Source of the DNA: Candidatus Binataceae bacterium
GTDB lineage: Bacteria > Desulfobacterota > Binatia > Binatales > Binataceae
Reading direction: 5' to 3'
Assembly: GCA_963789715.1 (NCBI GenBank)
Contig: CAWBLQ010000012.1
Span: forward strand, 132,333 to 196,332
DNA: 64,000 nt
Part shown: piece by piece, positions 1-8,177 of the stretch
How positions within the stretch are numbered: position 1 is the first letter of the stretch
Layout of the letters: each line of letters begins with the position of its first letter
The notes under the pieces: model-generated
Databases searched by the model: none
Told to the model about the DNA's origin: nothing
What the model saw: the letters and a program-made list of their open reading frames with translations, nothing else
Position numbers and translations under genes: made by a program

Positions 1-467
1 TCGGCCCCGAAATCAAAGTCGGACAAAAGGCACCCAACTTCAACGTCGTCGGCAAGGGGATGGCGCCGGCGACGCTCGATCAGTTCAAGGGCAAGGTCAA
101 AATCATCACGACCATCCCGTCGATCGACACGCCGGTATGCGACGCGGAGACGCGCCGCTTCAACGTCGAGGCGGGCAATCTGCCCGGCGACGTGCAGATT
201 CTCACGGTCTCGATGGACCTGCCGTTCGCGCAGGCGCGATGGTGCGGCGCGGCGGGGGTGGACAAGGTCACCACGCTAAGCGACTGGCGCAGTGCGAGTT
301 TCGGCACGGGATACGGCGCGCTGATCAAGGAACTGCACCTGCTGGCGCGAGCCGTGTTCGTCGTGGACAAGAACGACAACGTGACCTACGTCGAATACGT
401 CAAGGAAATCGCCAACCAGCCCAACTTCGAAGCCGCGCTGGAAGCGGCGAAGAAAGCCGCCGCCTGA
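1..467 (+). CDS. tpx: Thiol peroxidase (atypical 2-Cys peroxiredoxin), 5' end outside window
   Basis: Frame open from base 3 (GPEIKVGQKAPNF...). Motifs PSIDTPVC, SMDLPFAQARWC and LLARAVFVVD. Confidence 0.93.
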   Translation, partial: GPEIKVGQKAPNFNVVGKGMAPATLDQFKGKVKIITTIPSIDTPVCDAETRRFNVEAGNLPGDVQILTVSMDLPFAQARWCGAAGVDKVTTLSDWRSASFGTGYGALIKELHLLARAVFVVDKNDNVTYVEYVKEIANQPNFEAALEAAKKAAA

Positions 468-523
468 TTTACTACGCGGGCGGACGTGTCGCGGACGCGT
501 CCGCCCGTGATAGATCTTGGTTG

Positions 524-1309
524 ATGCCCGCCGACGCGCCCAATCGACACGCCTTCACCGACGCGCTCAAGCGCGGGCTGTATGAGGCGATTTTTCGCCG
601 GCGCGATATCCGCGAGTTCATTCCCGATCCGATTCCCGACGACGTGCTGGCCCGGGTCCTCATCGCGGCCCATCATGCGGCCAGCGTCGGCTTCACGCAG
701 CCGTGGGACTTCATCGTGGTGCGCAGCGTCGAGCGGCGCCGCCGCGTGAAAGAGATTTTCGAGGCCGAGCGCGCCAAGAATGCGGCGCAGTTCAGCGGCG
801 AGCGCCGCGAAAAATACCTCCAGCTCAAGCTCGAAGGCATCCTCGAAGCTCCGCTCAACCTGATCGTCACCTGCAAGCCCGATCGCTTCGGCCCGGCCGT
901 GCTCGGCAAGACCAGCATCCGCGATGTCGAGATTTACTCGGCGTGCCTGGCGGTCGAGAATCTGTGGCTGACGGCGCGCGCCGAGGGCCTGGGCATGGGA
1001 TGGGTCAGCATCCTGCGCAATGACGCGCTCGCGGAAATTTTCGGCATCCCCGACGACGTCATACCGATCGCCTATCTATGCGTCGGCTACGTCCGCGAGT
1101 TTCCCGACCGCCCGATTCTCGCCAGCGCGGACTGGGCGAAGAGATTGCCGCCGCGATCGCTGATCCACTTCGATTCATGGAGCGGCCAGGGAGCGGCCGC
1201 CGATCGAGACCCCAACGCCGAATCTCTGCTCAAGAAGATCGACGACCATTCCATCTGGCTCTCAATCTTTCCCGAAGATTCCGCGGACGAGCCACCGTCG
1301 CGCGACTGA
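524..1309 (+). CDS. bluB: 5,6-dimethylbenzimidazole synthase (nitroreductase fold)
   Basis: RRDIREF, AAHHAASVGFTQPWDF, LKLEGILEAP, ENLWLTARAEGLGMGWVS; lies near cobT/cobS. ATG at 524 chosen within ORF 137..1309. Confidence 0.88.
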   Translation: MPADAPNRHAFTDALKRGLYEAIFRRRDIREFIPDPIPDDVLARVLIAAHHAASVGFTQPWDFIVVRSVERRRRVKEIFEAERAKNAAQFSGERREKYLQLKLEGILEAPLNLIVTCKPDRFGPAVLGKTSIRDVEIYSACLAVENLWLTARAEGLGMGWVSILRNDALAEIFGIPDDVIPIAYLCVGYVREFPDRPILASADWAKRLPPRSLIHFDSWSGQGAAADRDPNAESLLKKIDDHSIWLSIFPEDSADEPPSRD

Positions 1310-1327
1310 ATGGAAGAACGGTATCCG

Positions 1328-1819
1328 ATGAAAACGTACCGACTGCTCACCCTGTGCGCGCTGATCGCATTCGCCGGCTGCAGCTCGCAAAATCCCGCGC
1401 CCGATAACTCGTCCAGCCAGCAGCCGCAAAGCTCGGCTGCGGGCGCGCAGGCGAACAGCTCGATCCTCCAGCACAACGGATGCACCATCGACTTCGCGAA
1501 GGTCTGCCAGGCCTATATCGATCAGCCGGAATTCACCTACAACGGCGACAAGTACACCTGGCAACGCTTCCAGCAAAGCTCTCTCAGGCATCCCGACGTC
1601 GAGATATGGGCCAGGTTTCCCGACGGCAACGTACTCGCCGACATTGAGTGTCATGTGGACACGCAGAATCGCAAAATCAATTGGGCGCGCATCCTGCCCA
1701 ATCCGCCGATGAACGACAAGTCATGGGACTTCGCTAAAGGCCAGGGATGGTGTCAGGAGCAAACGCCTGATTACAGCGGATGGGCCGAGTACTGGCGCAG
1801 CGGAGTCACTCACCAGTAG
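1328..1819 (+). CDS. Hypothetical lipoprotein
   Basis: Signal peptide with lipobox (LIAFAG-C), then an S/Q-rich linker and a Cys/Trp-containing domain. Alternative ATG at 1310 abuts the bluB stop. Confidence 0.7.
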   Translation: MKTYRLLTLCALIAFAGCSSQNPAPDNSSSQQPQSSAAGAQANSSILQHNGCTIDFAKVCQAYIDQPEFTYNGDKYTWQRFQQSSLRHPDVEIWARFPDGNVLADIECHVDTQNRKINWARILPNPPMNDKSWDFAKGQGWCQEQTPDYSGWAEYWRSGVTHQ

Positions 1820-1825
1820 AAAGCT

Positions 1826-2305
1826 TCAGTGCTTCATCGCTAGCTCAATGAGGCGAGTCACTTCCCGATGCCTCCTCACGCGGGCGGGCTGATGGACCAC
1901 CTCAAACTTCAATCCATCGGGTCCCAGGAAGTAAACCGCGTACCATCCTTCGGGGTCGTAGGGGAACTCGCCCGGGCCGTCGAGGATTTGCGCGCCGAGT
2001 TTCTTCACCAGCTCACATGCCTCGTCAACTTGCTCGCGAGTATCCGTGTTGAACGCAATGTGATGAAGCCCCACTTCGTAGACCTGGAACGGATGCGCGG
2101 CAAACTCAGGCTTGGCCTCCCAGATGTTGAACACGGCTCCATTGCCGGTATTAACGTTGACCCATAGCCACTGCCCATTAGGGTCCTGGACGGCGTCGAA
2201 GATGTTGTAGCCGAGAAACTCGAGAAAGGGTTTGAAGAATCCCATCGCCCGCGTCAGGTCGCTGACCGTGATCGACACATGATTCATTGATCCAAGCATT
2301 GGCAT
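1826..2305 (-). CDS. VOC (glyoxalase/bleomycin-resistance) family protein
   Basis: NHVSITVSDL, GLHHIAF, YAVYFLGPDGLKFEVV. Confidence 0.85.
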   Translation of the reverse strand: MPMLGSMNHVSITVSDLTRAMGFFKPFLEFLGYNIFDAVQDPNGQWLWVNVNTGNGAVFNIWEAKPEFAAHPFQVYEVGLHHIAFNTDTREQVDEACELVKKLGAQILDGPGEFPYDPEGWYAVYFLGPDGLKFEVVHQPARVRRHREVTRLIELAMKH

Positions 2306-2327
2306 GTCGGGACATCGCCTCCGAGAG

Positions 2328-3218
2328 TCAGGGCGCCAGGGTCTTCTTCATGAAGTAGTGCGTATGCCCCTTCGGATGATCTTCCAGCGTGACGAAGACC
2401 TTGTAGTCAAGCTTTTCGTAAAGCGGGCGCGCCTGGAAATTGAACGTGTCGAGATAGGAGTAGCTGCATCGACGTTCCAGCGCGAGATGCTCGATCGCAG
2501 TCATCAGTTTGGTCGCGTAGCCCTTGCCGCGGATCGCAGTATCGACCCATACGTCAGAAACATAGAGCCATAGACCCCAGGTATTGCCGAGCGCTCCGCC
2601 CAGGATTTCGCCGTCGCCGTTTTGCAGGAAGACATTGGCGGCAGACCACATCTGCGCCGGGAGCCCAATCGCCGCATGGGCGTGTCCGTGGATACCGTCG
2701 TTGACGATCCTTTGCGCCTCGTCGGACGCATAGGGCTGCATCACGAGACTTGCACGATCGTGCAGGTCGCGGCGCTGGGCATCGATTCCAGTAAGGGTCC
2801 GCTTCGCCAGGTAATAGCGGCTATGGCCCTTCACCGGATGGTCCTTGATCTCACCGAATACGCGGTAGCCCAGCTTTTCGTACAAGGGCCGAGCCTCGTA
2901 ACTCGCGGTTTGCAGAGCGGCCGCGATGCATCCTTTGGCGATTGCGTATCGTTCCGCCGCGGCCATCAGTTCGGTCGCGTAGCCGCGCCCGCGCCACACA
3001 GGATCGACCCACAGCGATCGCACGTGCAACCATCCGCCGACGACGTTGCCAAACAGCCCGCCCAAAATCGCGCCGCCCGCATTCTTGATAACAAATCCCA
3101 CGGGATAGAACTCGACGATCCCGGTCGCCGCGGTATTGTGATTGCGCAGCCCTCGTTCGACTACCTCGGTCCAGGCCTTGGGCGCGTGCGGCTCAACAAT
3201 AATACTCAGTTCGCTCAT
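2328..3218 (-). CDS. Tandem-domain GNAT N-acetyltransferase
   Basis: Two similar halves, each with WVD..RG(R/K)GYAT.LM and ARPLYEKL.Y.VF. Start placed at MSELSII. Confidence 0.85.
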   Translation of the reverse strand: MSELSIIVEPHAPKAWTEVVERGLRNHNTAATGIVEFYPVGFVIKNAGGAILGGLFGNVVGGWLHVRSLWVDPVWRGRGYATELMAAAERYAIAKGCIAAALQTASYEARPLYEKLGYRVFGEIKDHPVKGHSRYYLAKRTLTGIDAQRRDLHDRASLVMQPYASDEAQRIVNDGIHGHAHAAIGLPAQMWSAANVFLQNGDGEILGGALGNTWGLWLYVSDVWVDTAIRGKGYATKLMTAIEHLALERRCSYSYLDTFNFQARPLYEKLDYKVFVTLEDHPKGHTHYFMKKTLAP

Positions 3219-3321
3219 AGCCCTCCGGCAACTGTCGTCCAAACCCCCGCCCCCAGGCAAGCCGCAAGCGCCGCACTCGTGTCCTTGTAAGGCGATGCGG
3301 CGCGTGATGCGATCACGCGGC

Positions 3322-4386
3322 ATGGCTATCCTTGAACAGACTGTCGCGTCGATACGGCCGCTCGACTACGAGGCGGCGTGGGCTGCCGACGAACGGCTCA
3401 ACGGACTGACCAAGCCTCCCGGCAGCCTCGGCCATTTGGAAGAACTCGTGCGCCGCTATGCCGCTATCCGGCACGACGAATCGGTAAAATCCGGGCGCGG
3501 CGCAATCGCGGTGTTCGTCGCCGACCATGGCGTCGCGGCCGAGAGCGTCAGCGCATTTCCACAGGCCGTCACGGCCGAGATGCTTCGCAACATCGCGGCA
3601 GGCGGCGCCGCGATCAGCGTGCTCGCGCGCCGCTTCGGCTATTCGCTCAAGGTCGTCGATGTGGGCGTCAAGGTTGATACCAGCAGCATCCCGCTCGCGG
3701 GTGTGACTTACCGGCGGATAGGAGCAGGCACGCGCAATTTCCTGGACGGCCCCGCGATGACACCTGACGAGACGACGCGCGCGCTCGAAGCCGGAATCGA
3801 GATCGCCCGCGAGCTCGCGGGCGGCGGCGCGACGTTGATCGGAATCGGCGAGATGGGAATCGCGAACAGCACGTCCGCCGCGGCGATCCTGTGTGCGCTG
3901 ACCGCAATCGCGCCCGACTCGATGGTCGGGCGCGGGACGGGGCTCGACGACGCGGGCGTCCGCCGCAAGACGGAAGTCGTCGCGCGAGGGCTCGAGATAC
4001 ATCGCGCAGCGATGGCCTCGGGCGAAGCGACGCTGGCAGCGCTGGGCGGGTTCGAGATGGCCGCGATGGCCGGCGCGTGCCTGGGCGGCGCCGCGTCAAA
4101 CGTCCCGGTCGTGGTTGATGGCTTTATCGCGACGGCGGCGGCGGCGGTCGCGGAGAAGATTCATCCCGGCCTGTTCGACCATCTTTTTTTCAGCCATCGA
4201 TCGGCCGAAGGCGGCCACGCGCTCGCGCTCGAGCACTTCAAGCTGCGTCCGATTCTCGACCTCGATCTCAGACTCGGCGAGGGCACCGGCGCCGCGCTCG
4301 CGATGAACGTAATCGAATGCGCGCTCGGCCTGCTGCACAACATGGCGACGTTCGCGGGCGCCGGCGTGTCCGGCAAGGTGCGATGA
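3322..4386 (+). CDS. cobT: Nicotinate-nucleotide--dimethylbenzimidazole phosphoribosyltransferase
   Basis: LTKPPGSLGHLE, ADHGV, GEMGIANSTSAAA, VVDGFI, LRLGEGTGA. Confidence 0.95.
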   Translation: MAILEQTVASIRPLDYEAAWAADERLNGLTKPPGSLGHLEELVRRYAAIRHDESVKSGRGAIAVFVADHGVAAESVSAFPQAVTAEMLRNIAAGGAAISVLARRFGYSLKVVDVGVKVDTSSIPLAGVTYRRIGAGTRNFLDGPAMTPDETTRALEAGIEIARELAGGGATLIGIGEMGIANSTSAAAILCALTAIAPDSMVGRGTGLDDAGVRRKTEVVARGLEIHRAAMASGEATLAALGGFEMAAMAGACLGGAASNVPVVVDGFIATAAAAVAEKIHPGLFDHLFFSHRSAEGGHALALEHFKLRPILDLDLRLGEGTGAALAMNVIECALGLLHNMATFAGAGVSGKVR

Positions 4387-5153
4387 GCGACGACGCGGGC
4401 GCGCCGGGCGGCGGTTTTCTGACCGAACTGCGGCTGGCTGTAAGCTTCCTCACGATCCTGCCGGTGATCGATCAGCGGCGCGCCTCAGAGGAGACCGTCG
4501 CGGCTTCGTTCGCATGGTTCCCGATTGTCGGTTTCGCCGTCGGCGCGATGCTATGTGTCGAGGATTGGTTGCTGGCTCACGTTTTTGCGCAGGTGGTTCG
4601 CTCGGTTCTTATCATCGTCTCTCTCACCGTCGTCACCGGCGCGGTCCATCTCGACGGACTGGCCGACACGGCTGATGCGCTCGGCGCGGGCCGCGATCGC
4701 GATCGCGCGCTCGACATTCTGCGCGACAGCCGGGTCGGGACATTCGGCGCGAGCGCAATCTTCTTCGACCTGACGTTGAAAATCCTCGCGCTGTCGACGC
4801 TCGCGGGTCATCGCCGATACGCTGCGCTAATCGTCGCGCCGATGCTGGCGCGCTGGGCGATGGTACTGCTCTCCTCAGGCCTACCCTATCTGCGCGCCCA
4901 AGGCTCAGGATCGACGCTCCTCGCGGGAAAGAAGTTCGGTCATAGCGCGGGTATCGTCACCGTTTTCACACTCGTCATTTGGTGGACGCTTGGCGCGATG
5001 CGCCCGATAGCGCTCGCCGTCGCGGTTGCACTCGCGATCGTGGCAGCGATGCGACTCTTCTACCGGCGATGGCTGGGAGGAGTTACGGGCGATTTGATCG
5101 GCGCGTGCGGCGAACTGGTCGAGATTGCGGTGCTCGTGACGATGGCCTCGTGA
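4383..5153 (+). CDS. cobS: Adenosylcobinamide-GDP ribazoletransferase (cobalamin synthase)
   Basis: FLTILP, TGAVHLDGLADTADAL, ILRDSRVGTFG, GGVTGDLIGA..E; ATGA overlap with cobT. Confidence 0.95.
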   Translation: MSDDAGAPGGGFLTELRLAVSFLTILPVIDQRRASEETVAASFAWFPIVGFAVGAMLCVEDWLLAHVFAQVVRSVLIIVSLTVVTGAVHLDGLADTADALGAGRDRDRALDILRDSRVGTFGASAIFFDLTLKILALSTLAGHRRYAALIVAPMLARWAMVLLSSGLPYLRAQGSGSTLLAGKKFGHSAGIVTVFTLVIWWTLGAMRPIALAVAVALAIVAAMRLFYRRWLGGVTGDLIGACGELVEIAVLVTMAS

Positions 5154-5274
5154 CTTTAGTCAAGCTTGAGTGGCACGCTACTTCATTGGAATCCGGGGCG
5201 TGCACGAAAGGCGTCGGCAGGGGGCGCTTCGCGATTTCAAAACCGGTACCGGCTTCGCTGGCGCGAAGCTGTCC

Positions 5275-5319
5275 GAGATCCTTCCCTACGCTCGCGTTAC
5301 TCGCTTCGGTCAGGATGAC
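5275..5319. repeat. REP-like element half (GAGATCCTTC...TCAGGATGAC type)
   Basis: GAGATCCTTCCCTACGCTCGCGTTACTCGCTTCGGTCAGGATGAC resembles the widespread GTCATCCTGA...GAAGGATCTC intergenic repeat class (recognised from memory). Confidence 0.5.
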
Positions 5320-5484
5320 GGGACTCGCGGTACTTGCTTCGGTTGGGATGACGGGACCTGCGTTGCTTGCTTCGGTCAGGGTGACGAGACCTGCGTTGGT
5401 CGCTGCGGTCTGGATTACGGGACCTGCGTTGGTCGCTGCGGTCTGGATTACGTGATACCTGCGTTGGTCGCTGCGGGATTACGG
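5291..5484. repeat. Degenerate tandem array of about six 33-bp units, consensus near CCTGCGTTGSTCGCTKCGGTCWGGATKACGGGA
   Basis: Units start at 5291, 5324, 5357, 5390, 5423 (35 bp) and 5458 (truncated). No spacers between units. Confidence 0.92.
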
Positions 5485-5511
5485 CGCTGGCGTCGCGAAC
5501 GATGCAAGGAA

Positions 5512-5542
5512 CCTAACCCCTAACCCCTTCCCCTTTTGGGAA
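5512..5542. repeat. REP-like hairpin (CCTAACCCCTAACCCCTTCCC-loop-GGGAAGGGGAAC type) interrupted by the IS
   Basis: The left part precedes the IS and the GGGGAAC tail follows it at 7193-7199. A degenerate second copy CTAACC..TTTCCGTGTGGGAAG lies at about 7226-7260. Confidence 0.6.
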
Positions 5543-5558
5543 GGCGAGTATCCGGAAG

Positions 5559-5588
5559 TTGACGGATACCGGTGAAAGCCGGTATTCT
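5559..5588 (+). promoter_or_regulatory. Putative sigma70 promoter, -35 inside the left IR, driving the passenger gene
   Basis: TTGACG (5559-5564), 18 bp, TATTCT (5583-5588). Confidence 0.5.
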
Positions 5589-5606
5589 ACTGAGTAGGTC
5601 GGGCGC

Positions 5607-6104
5607 GTGCGAAAGCGACGTTATGCGCTCCGGATCGGTATTGTTGTGCTGATTATGCTCGACACAATCAGGCGTAGTTTTCTTCAGCACGATGCATTCG
5701 ATCGCGCAATGTTCGTGATCGAACTGCTAGTTTTAGGACTGATCGCCATCGAAGGCATTGTTCATGTTGTCCACTGGCTGAAGTTCCATTGGCGTTTAAG
5801 ACGGGTACGACCGTTCCACCTTTCCGGCCTACTTTTGCAGGATGAATTTCGTCTGAAGTATCGAAGTAACCCCGATCCTGGTGCCGGAGTGGAATGGATG
5901 AAACGGGTGGATGATTGGACCGAAGCCGCCGCGCAGAAGATTAGGCGCTGTTCGCCTGATGCCGCCATAGCGTTTCGGCGCGATAGTGGTGGAGTAATCA
6001 GGCAATACGGAAATCAAAACAGCACGCAAGCAACCTATATGTGGCTTGAGACGCGCTTAAATAATCTAACGGAGATAATCGAAAACGCGCACGATTATTT
6101 CTAA
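5607..6104 (+). CDS. IS passenger gene, hypothetical membrane-anchored protein
   Basis: 165-aa ORF with one or two N-terminal hydrophobic segments, more AT-rich than its neighbours, inside the IS ends. Start uncertain. Confidence 0.65.
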   Translation: MRKRRYALRIGIVVLIMLDTIRRSFLQHDAFDRAMFVIELLVLGLIAIEGIVHVVHWLKFHWRLRRVRPFHLSGLLLQDEFRLKYRSNPDPGAGVEWMKRVDDWTEAAAQKIRRCSPDAAIAFRRDSGGVIRQYGNQNSTQATYMWLETRLNNLTEIIENAHDYF

Positions 6105-6192
6105 TGTTTTAAGTGTGAAAATCGAAACTCCAATTGAACCGGCTCGCTGGCGGCGTACTCAGATAGCTGAGACGGTCGCCAGTTCCCACGTC

Positions 6193-7132
6193 TCAGCACC
6201 CTGCTATCGCCTTCCCAAAGATGTCTTTTTCGTGGCGATTGTTGTAGCGGAACACGAACTCATTGATGTAAAGCGGCAGATATTTCTTGCTGACGCTGTG
6301 ATAGCTGCCCATAATGCCGCGCTTGAGCAGGCTCCAGAAGCCTTCAATCGTGTTCGTGTGAACGATGCCGCGCACGTATTCGCCGCTGCTATGGCGGATG
6401 ACGCCGTGCGGAAGGTCGAACTGCTCGCCGCCAAGTTCAAGCAAACGATAGCCGGAGTGCTCATCGGTCGCGATCAGGTCCACGCGTTCCCGATTGATTG
6501 CCTTGCGAACGAAGCTATCGAGTGTCGGTATCGGTGTTAGCGATCATTTGTGCGATCACGTTACCCTTGCGGCTGATCGCACCGATGACCGGAATCTTGC
6601 CCGCAGTTCCGACGTTGCCCGTGCGCTTGTTCCTGTGCTTGTTGGCTTCCTTCCCGCCGATATAGGTTTCGTCCACTTCGACAATTCCCATCAGTTGCCG
6701 GAACTCAGGGTCTTTCATCGCAGCGCGCAAGCGATGGCACATATAGAAAGCCGTGCTGTAGGAACCGGAACCGATCATCCGATGAATTTGAAGCGCGCTG
6801 ATTCCTTTCTTGCTTGTGAGCATCAGATAGAGAACGTGAAACCACACGCGCAGAGGGTATTTTGTGTTTTCAAAGATTGTCTTGACCGTCAGAGAAAATC
6901 GGTAGGCGTTTCCCTTGCGACACTCCGGATCGGCGCACTCCCAGTGCCACGGTTTGGCAATCGAATAGACGTGATCCTGTTTGCCACAACGCGGACAGAC
7001 CGCGCCGTTCGGCCAGCGGCGCGAGGCGAGATAAGCGCGGCACGAATCCTCATCGGGAAACATCCGCTCGAACTGGCCGATGGTCATTTGAGGCGTGAAC
7101 TTTGGGTTGTGCTTATCGCGTTTCGTTTCCAT
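6193..7132 (-). pseudogene. IS1595-family DDE transposase, frameshifted near 6520-6525
   Basis: Zn-ribbon CPRC...WEC...C, KKGISALQ, VEVDETYIGG in ORF 6515..7132. Continues as TDE, HTNTIEGFWSLLKR, YINEFVFRYN in ORF 6193..6483. Confidence 0.9.
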
Positions 7133-7138
7133 GCAAAC

Positions 7139-7167
7139 ACGATAGCGCAATCCTACTTATCCGTCAA
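7139..7167 (-). promoter_or_regulatory. Putative sigma70 promoter in the right IR driving a probably leaderless transposase mRNA
   Basis: Minus strand reads TTGACG, 17 bp, TATCGT, 6 nt, ATG (7132). No SD present. Confidence 0.55.
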
Positions 7168-7275
7168 GTGCCGGATACTCGCCTTCCCAAAAGGGGAACA
7201 GTCGGGGAGAGATGATGCAGGCGAGCTAACCTGGGCCTTTCCGTGTGGGAAGACGGGCAATCGCTCGCGGAACTA

Positions 7276-7797
7276 TCACCTCAGTTTTAGCGGGTAGCCC
7301 GCGACCATCAGTAGCACCTGATCGGCGACGGCCGCGATTTTTTGATTGGTCCATCCCAGTAGATCGCGGAACTGTCGCGACTCGGCGTGATCGGTCGGCA
7401 CGATTCCCGAGCCAACTTCGTCGGTCACGACGATGCTCGCGAACGGAGCCCGCTTCAGCGTTGCCGCGAGCTTGTCCGCCTCCGCCAGAACGGGGCCGTC
7501 ATCGGCGGCATGAAGCTGCATCAGGTTGGAGATCCACAGCGTCAGGCAATCGAGCACTACGAGGTCTGCGCTTTGGTCGAGTTTCTGGAGTGCGGCGACA
7601 AGCTGGACCGGCTCCTCGACGGTCTGAAAGTCCGGCGGCCGCGTCGTCCGATGGAATTCGATTCGCGCCGTCATTTCACCGTCGAGGGCCTGTCCGGTCG
7701 CGACGAAGAATTTGCGCTTGTACGGGGCCGCAAGCTGCAGTGCCTGCATGCTTTTGCCGCTGCGCGCGCCGCCGGTGATTAGCGTGATCGTGCCCAT
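7276..7797 (-). CDS. cobU: Bifunctional adenosylcobinamide kinase / cobinamide-phosphate guanylyltransferase
   Basis: LITGGARSGKS P-loop, DGEMTARIEFH, VLDCLTLWISN, DEVGSGIVP, FRDLLGWTNQ. Confidence 0.95.
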   Translation of the reverse strand: MGTITLITGGARSGKSMQALQLAAPYKRKFFVATGQALDGEMTARIEFHRTTRPPDFQTVEEPVQLVAALQKLDQSADLVVLDCLTLWISNLMQLHAADDGPVLAEADKLAATLKRAPFASIVVTDEVGSGIVPTDHAESRQFRDLLGWTNQKIAAVADQVLLMVAGYPLKLR

Positions 7798-7862
7798 GCG
7801 AATTATCAAGCGTACACGTTAGCGTCGCGCGTGACGAAGGTTTCGCGCGGCTGGAACGCGGG

Positions 7863-7891
7863 TTGACTAGCAACCGTGCCGCGCGTAACTT
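7863..7891 (+). promoter_or_regulatory. Putative sigma70 promoter for the riboswitch-btuB transcript
   Basis: TTGACT, 17 bp, TAACTT just upstream of riboswitch P1. Confidence 0.6.
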
Positions 7892-7900
7892 CGGCGTCGC

Positions 7901-8065
7901 ACCCGGTGCACGGGAAGCCGGTTCAAATCCGGCGCTGCCCCGCAACTGTGTGGGGGGACGACGGCCCATCATGCCACCGCTTATGCGGGAAGGCGGGCCC
8001 GAGGACGAACCCCAAGCCAGGAGACCGGCCGGGTCACAACAGTCTGCCTTCCGCGGGGAGGGTGG
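7901..8065 (+). ncRNA. Cobalamin riboswitch
   Basis: GGGAAGCCGGTTCAAATCCGG..CTGCCCCGCAACTGT, GCCAC..GGGAAGG and B12 box AGCCAGGAGACCGGCC. P1 ACCCGG/CCGGGT. Kissing-loop complement CCCCGC (7938-43)/GCGGGG (8053-58). Upstream of btuB. Confidence 0.95.
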
Positions 8066-8084
8066 CCTCAGGCACGATTTTCCT

Positions 8085-8124
8085 GAAGCCCGATTCCTCG
8101 ACCGCGAGGGGTCGGGTTTCTTTT
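8085..8124 (+). terminator. Intrinsic terminator, riboswitch expression platform
   Basis: GAAGCCCGATTCCTCG-ACCG-CGAGGGGTCGGGTTTC followed by TTTT. Confidence 0.75.
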
Positions 8125-8177
8125 GGTGCCCGATCGTTCCTCCGCGCGTGGGCGGCCTTTGAACTCGGAGGGAGTTC

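Larger units (their letters stand above)
5543..7183 (-). mobile_element. IS1595-family insertion sequence with passenger gene (1641 bp)
   Basis: 26-bp terminal IRs GGCGAGTATCCGGAAGTTGACGGATA (5543-5568) and TATCCGTCAAGTGCCGGATACTCGCC (7158-7183), 2 mismatches. Encloses an IS1595-type transposase. Confidence 0.93.

Noticed and set aside
5291-5484. Tandem array as a CRISPR array or DGR template/variable region
   Set aside because: Units are contiguous with no unique spacers, substitutions are not confined to adenines, and there is no cas or reverse transcriptase gene in the window.
5170-5523. Cys-rich repeat ORF (GTCVGRCGLDY) as a RiPP precursor or metallothionein
   Set aside because: The open frame is an expected by-product of a 33-bp GC-rich repeat. 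It has no SD and no adjacent maturase, and another frame is open too. Not excluded, but unsupported.
6115-7297. Long antisense ORFs over the IS1595 transposase
   Set aside because: They are in exact codon register with the sense gene, which is common in GC-rich genes, show no recognisable motifs, and one runs past the IS end.
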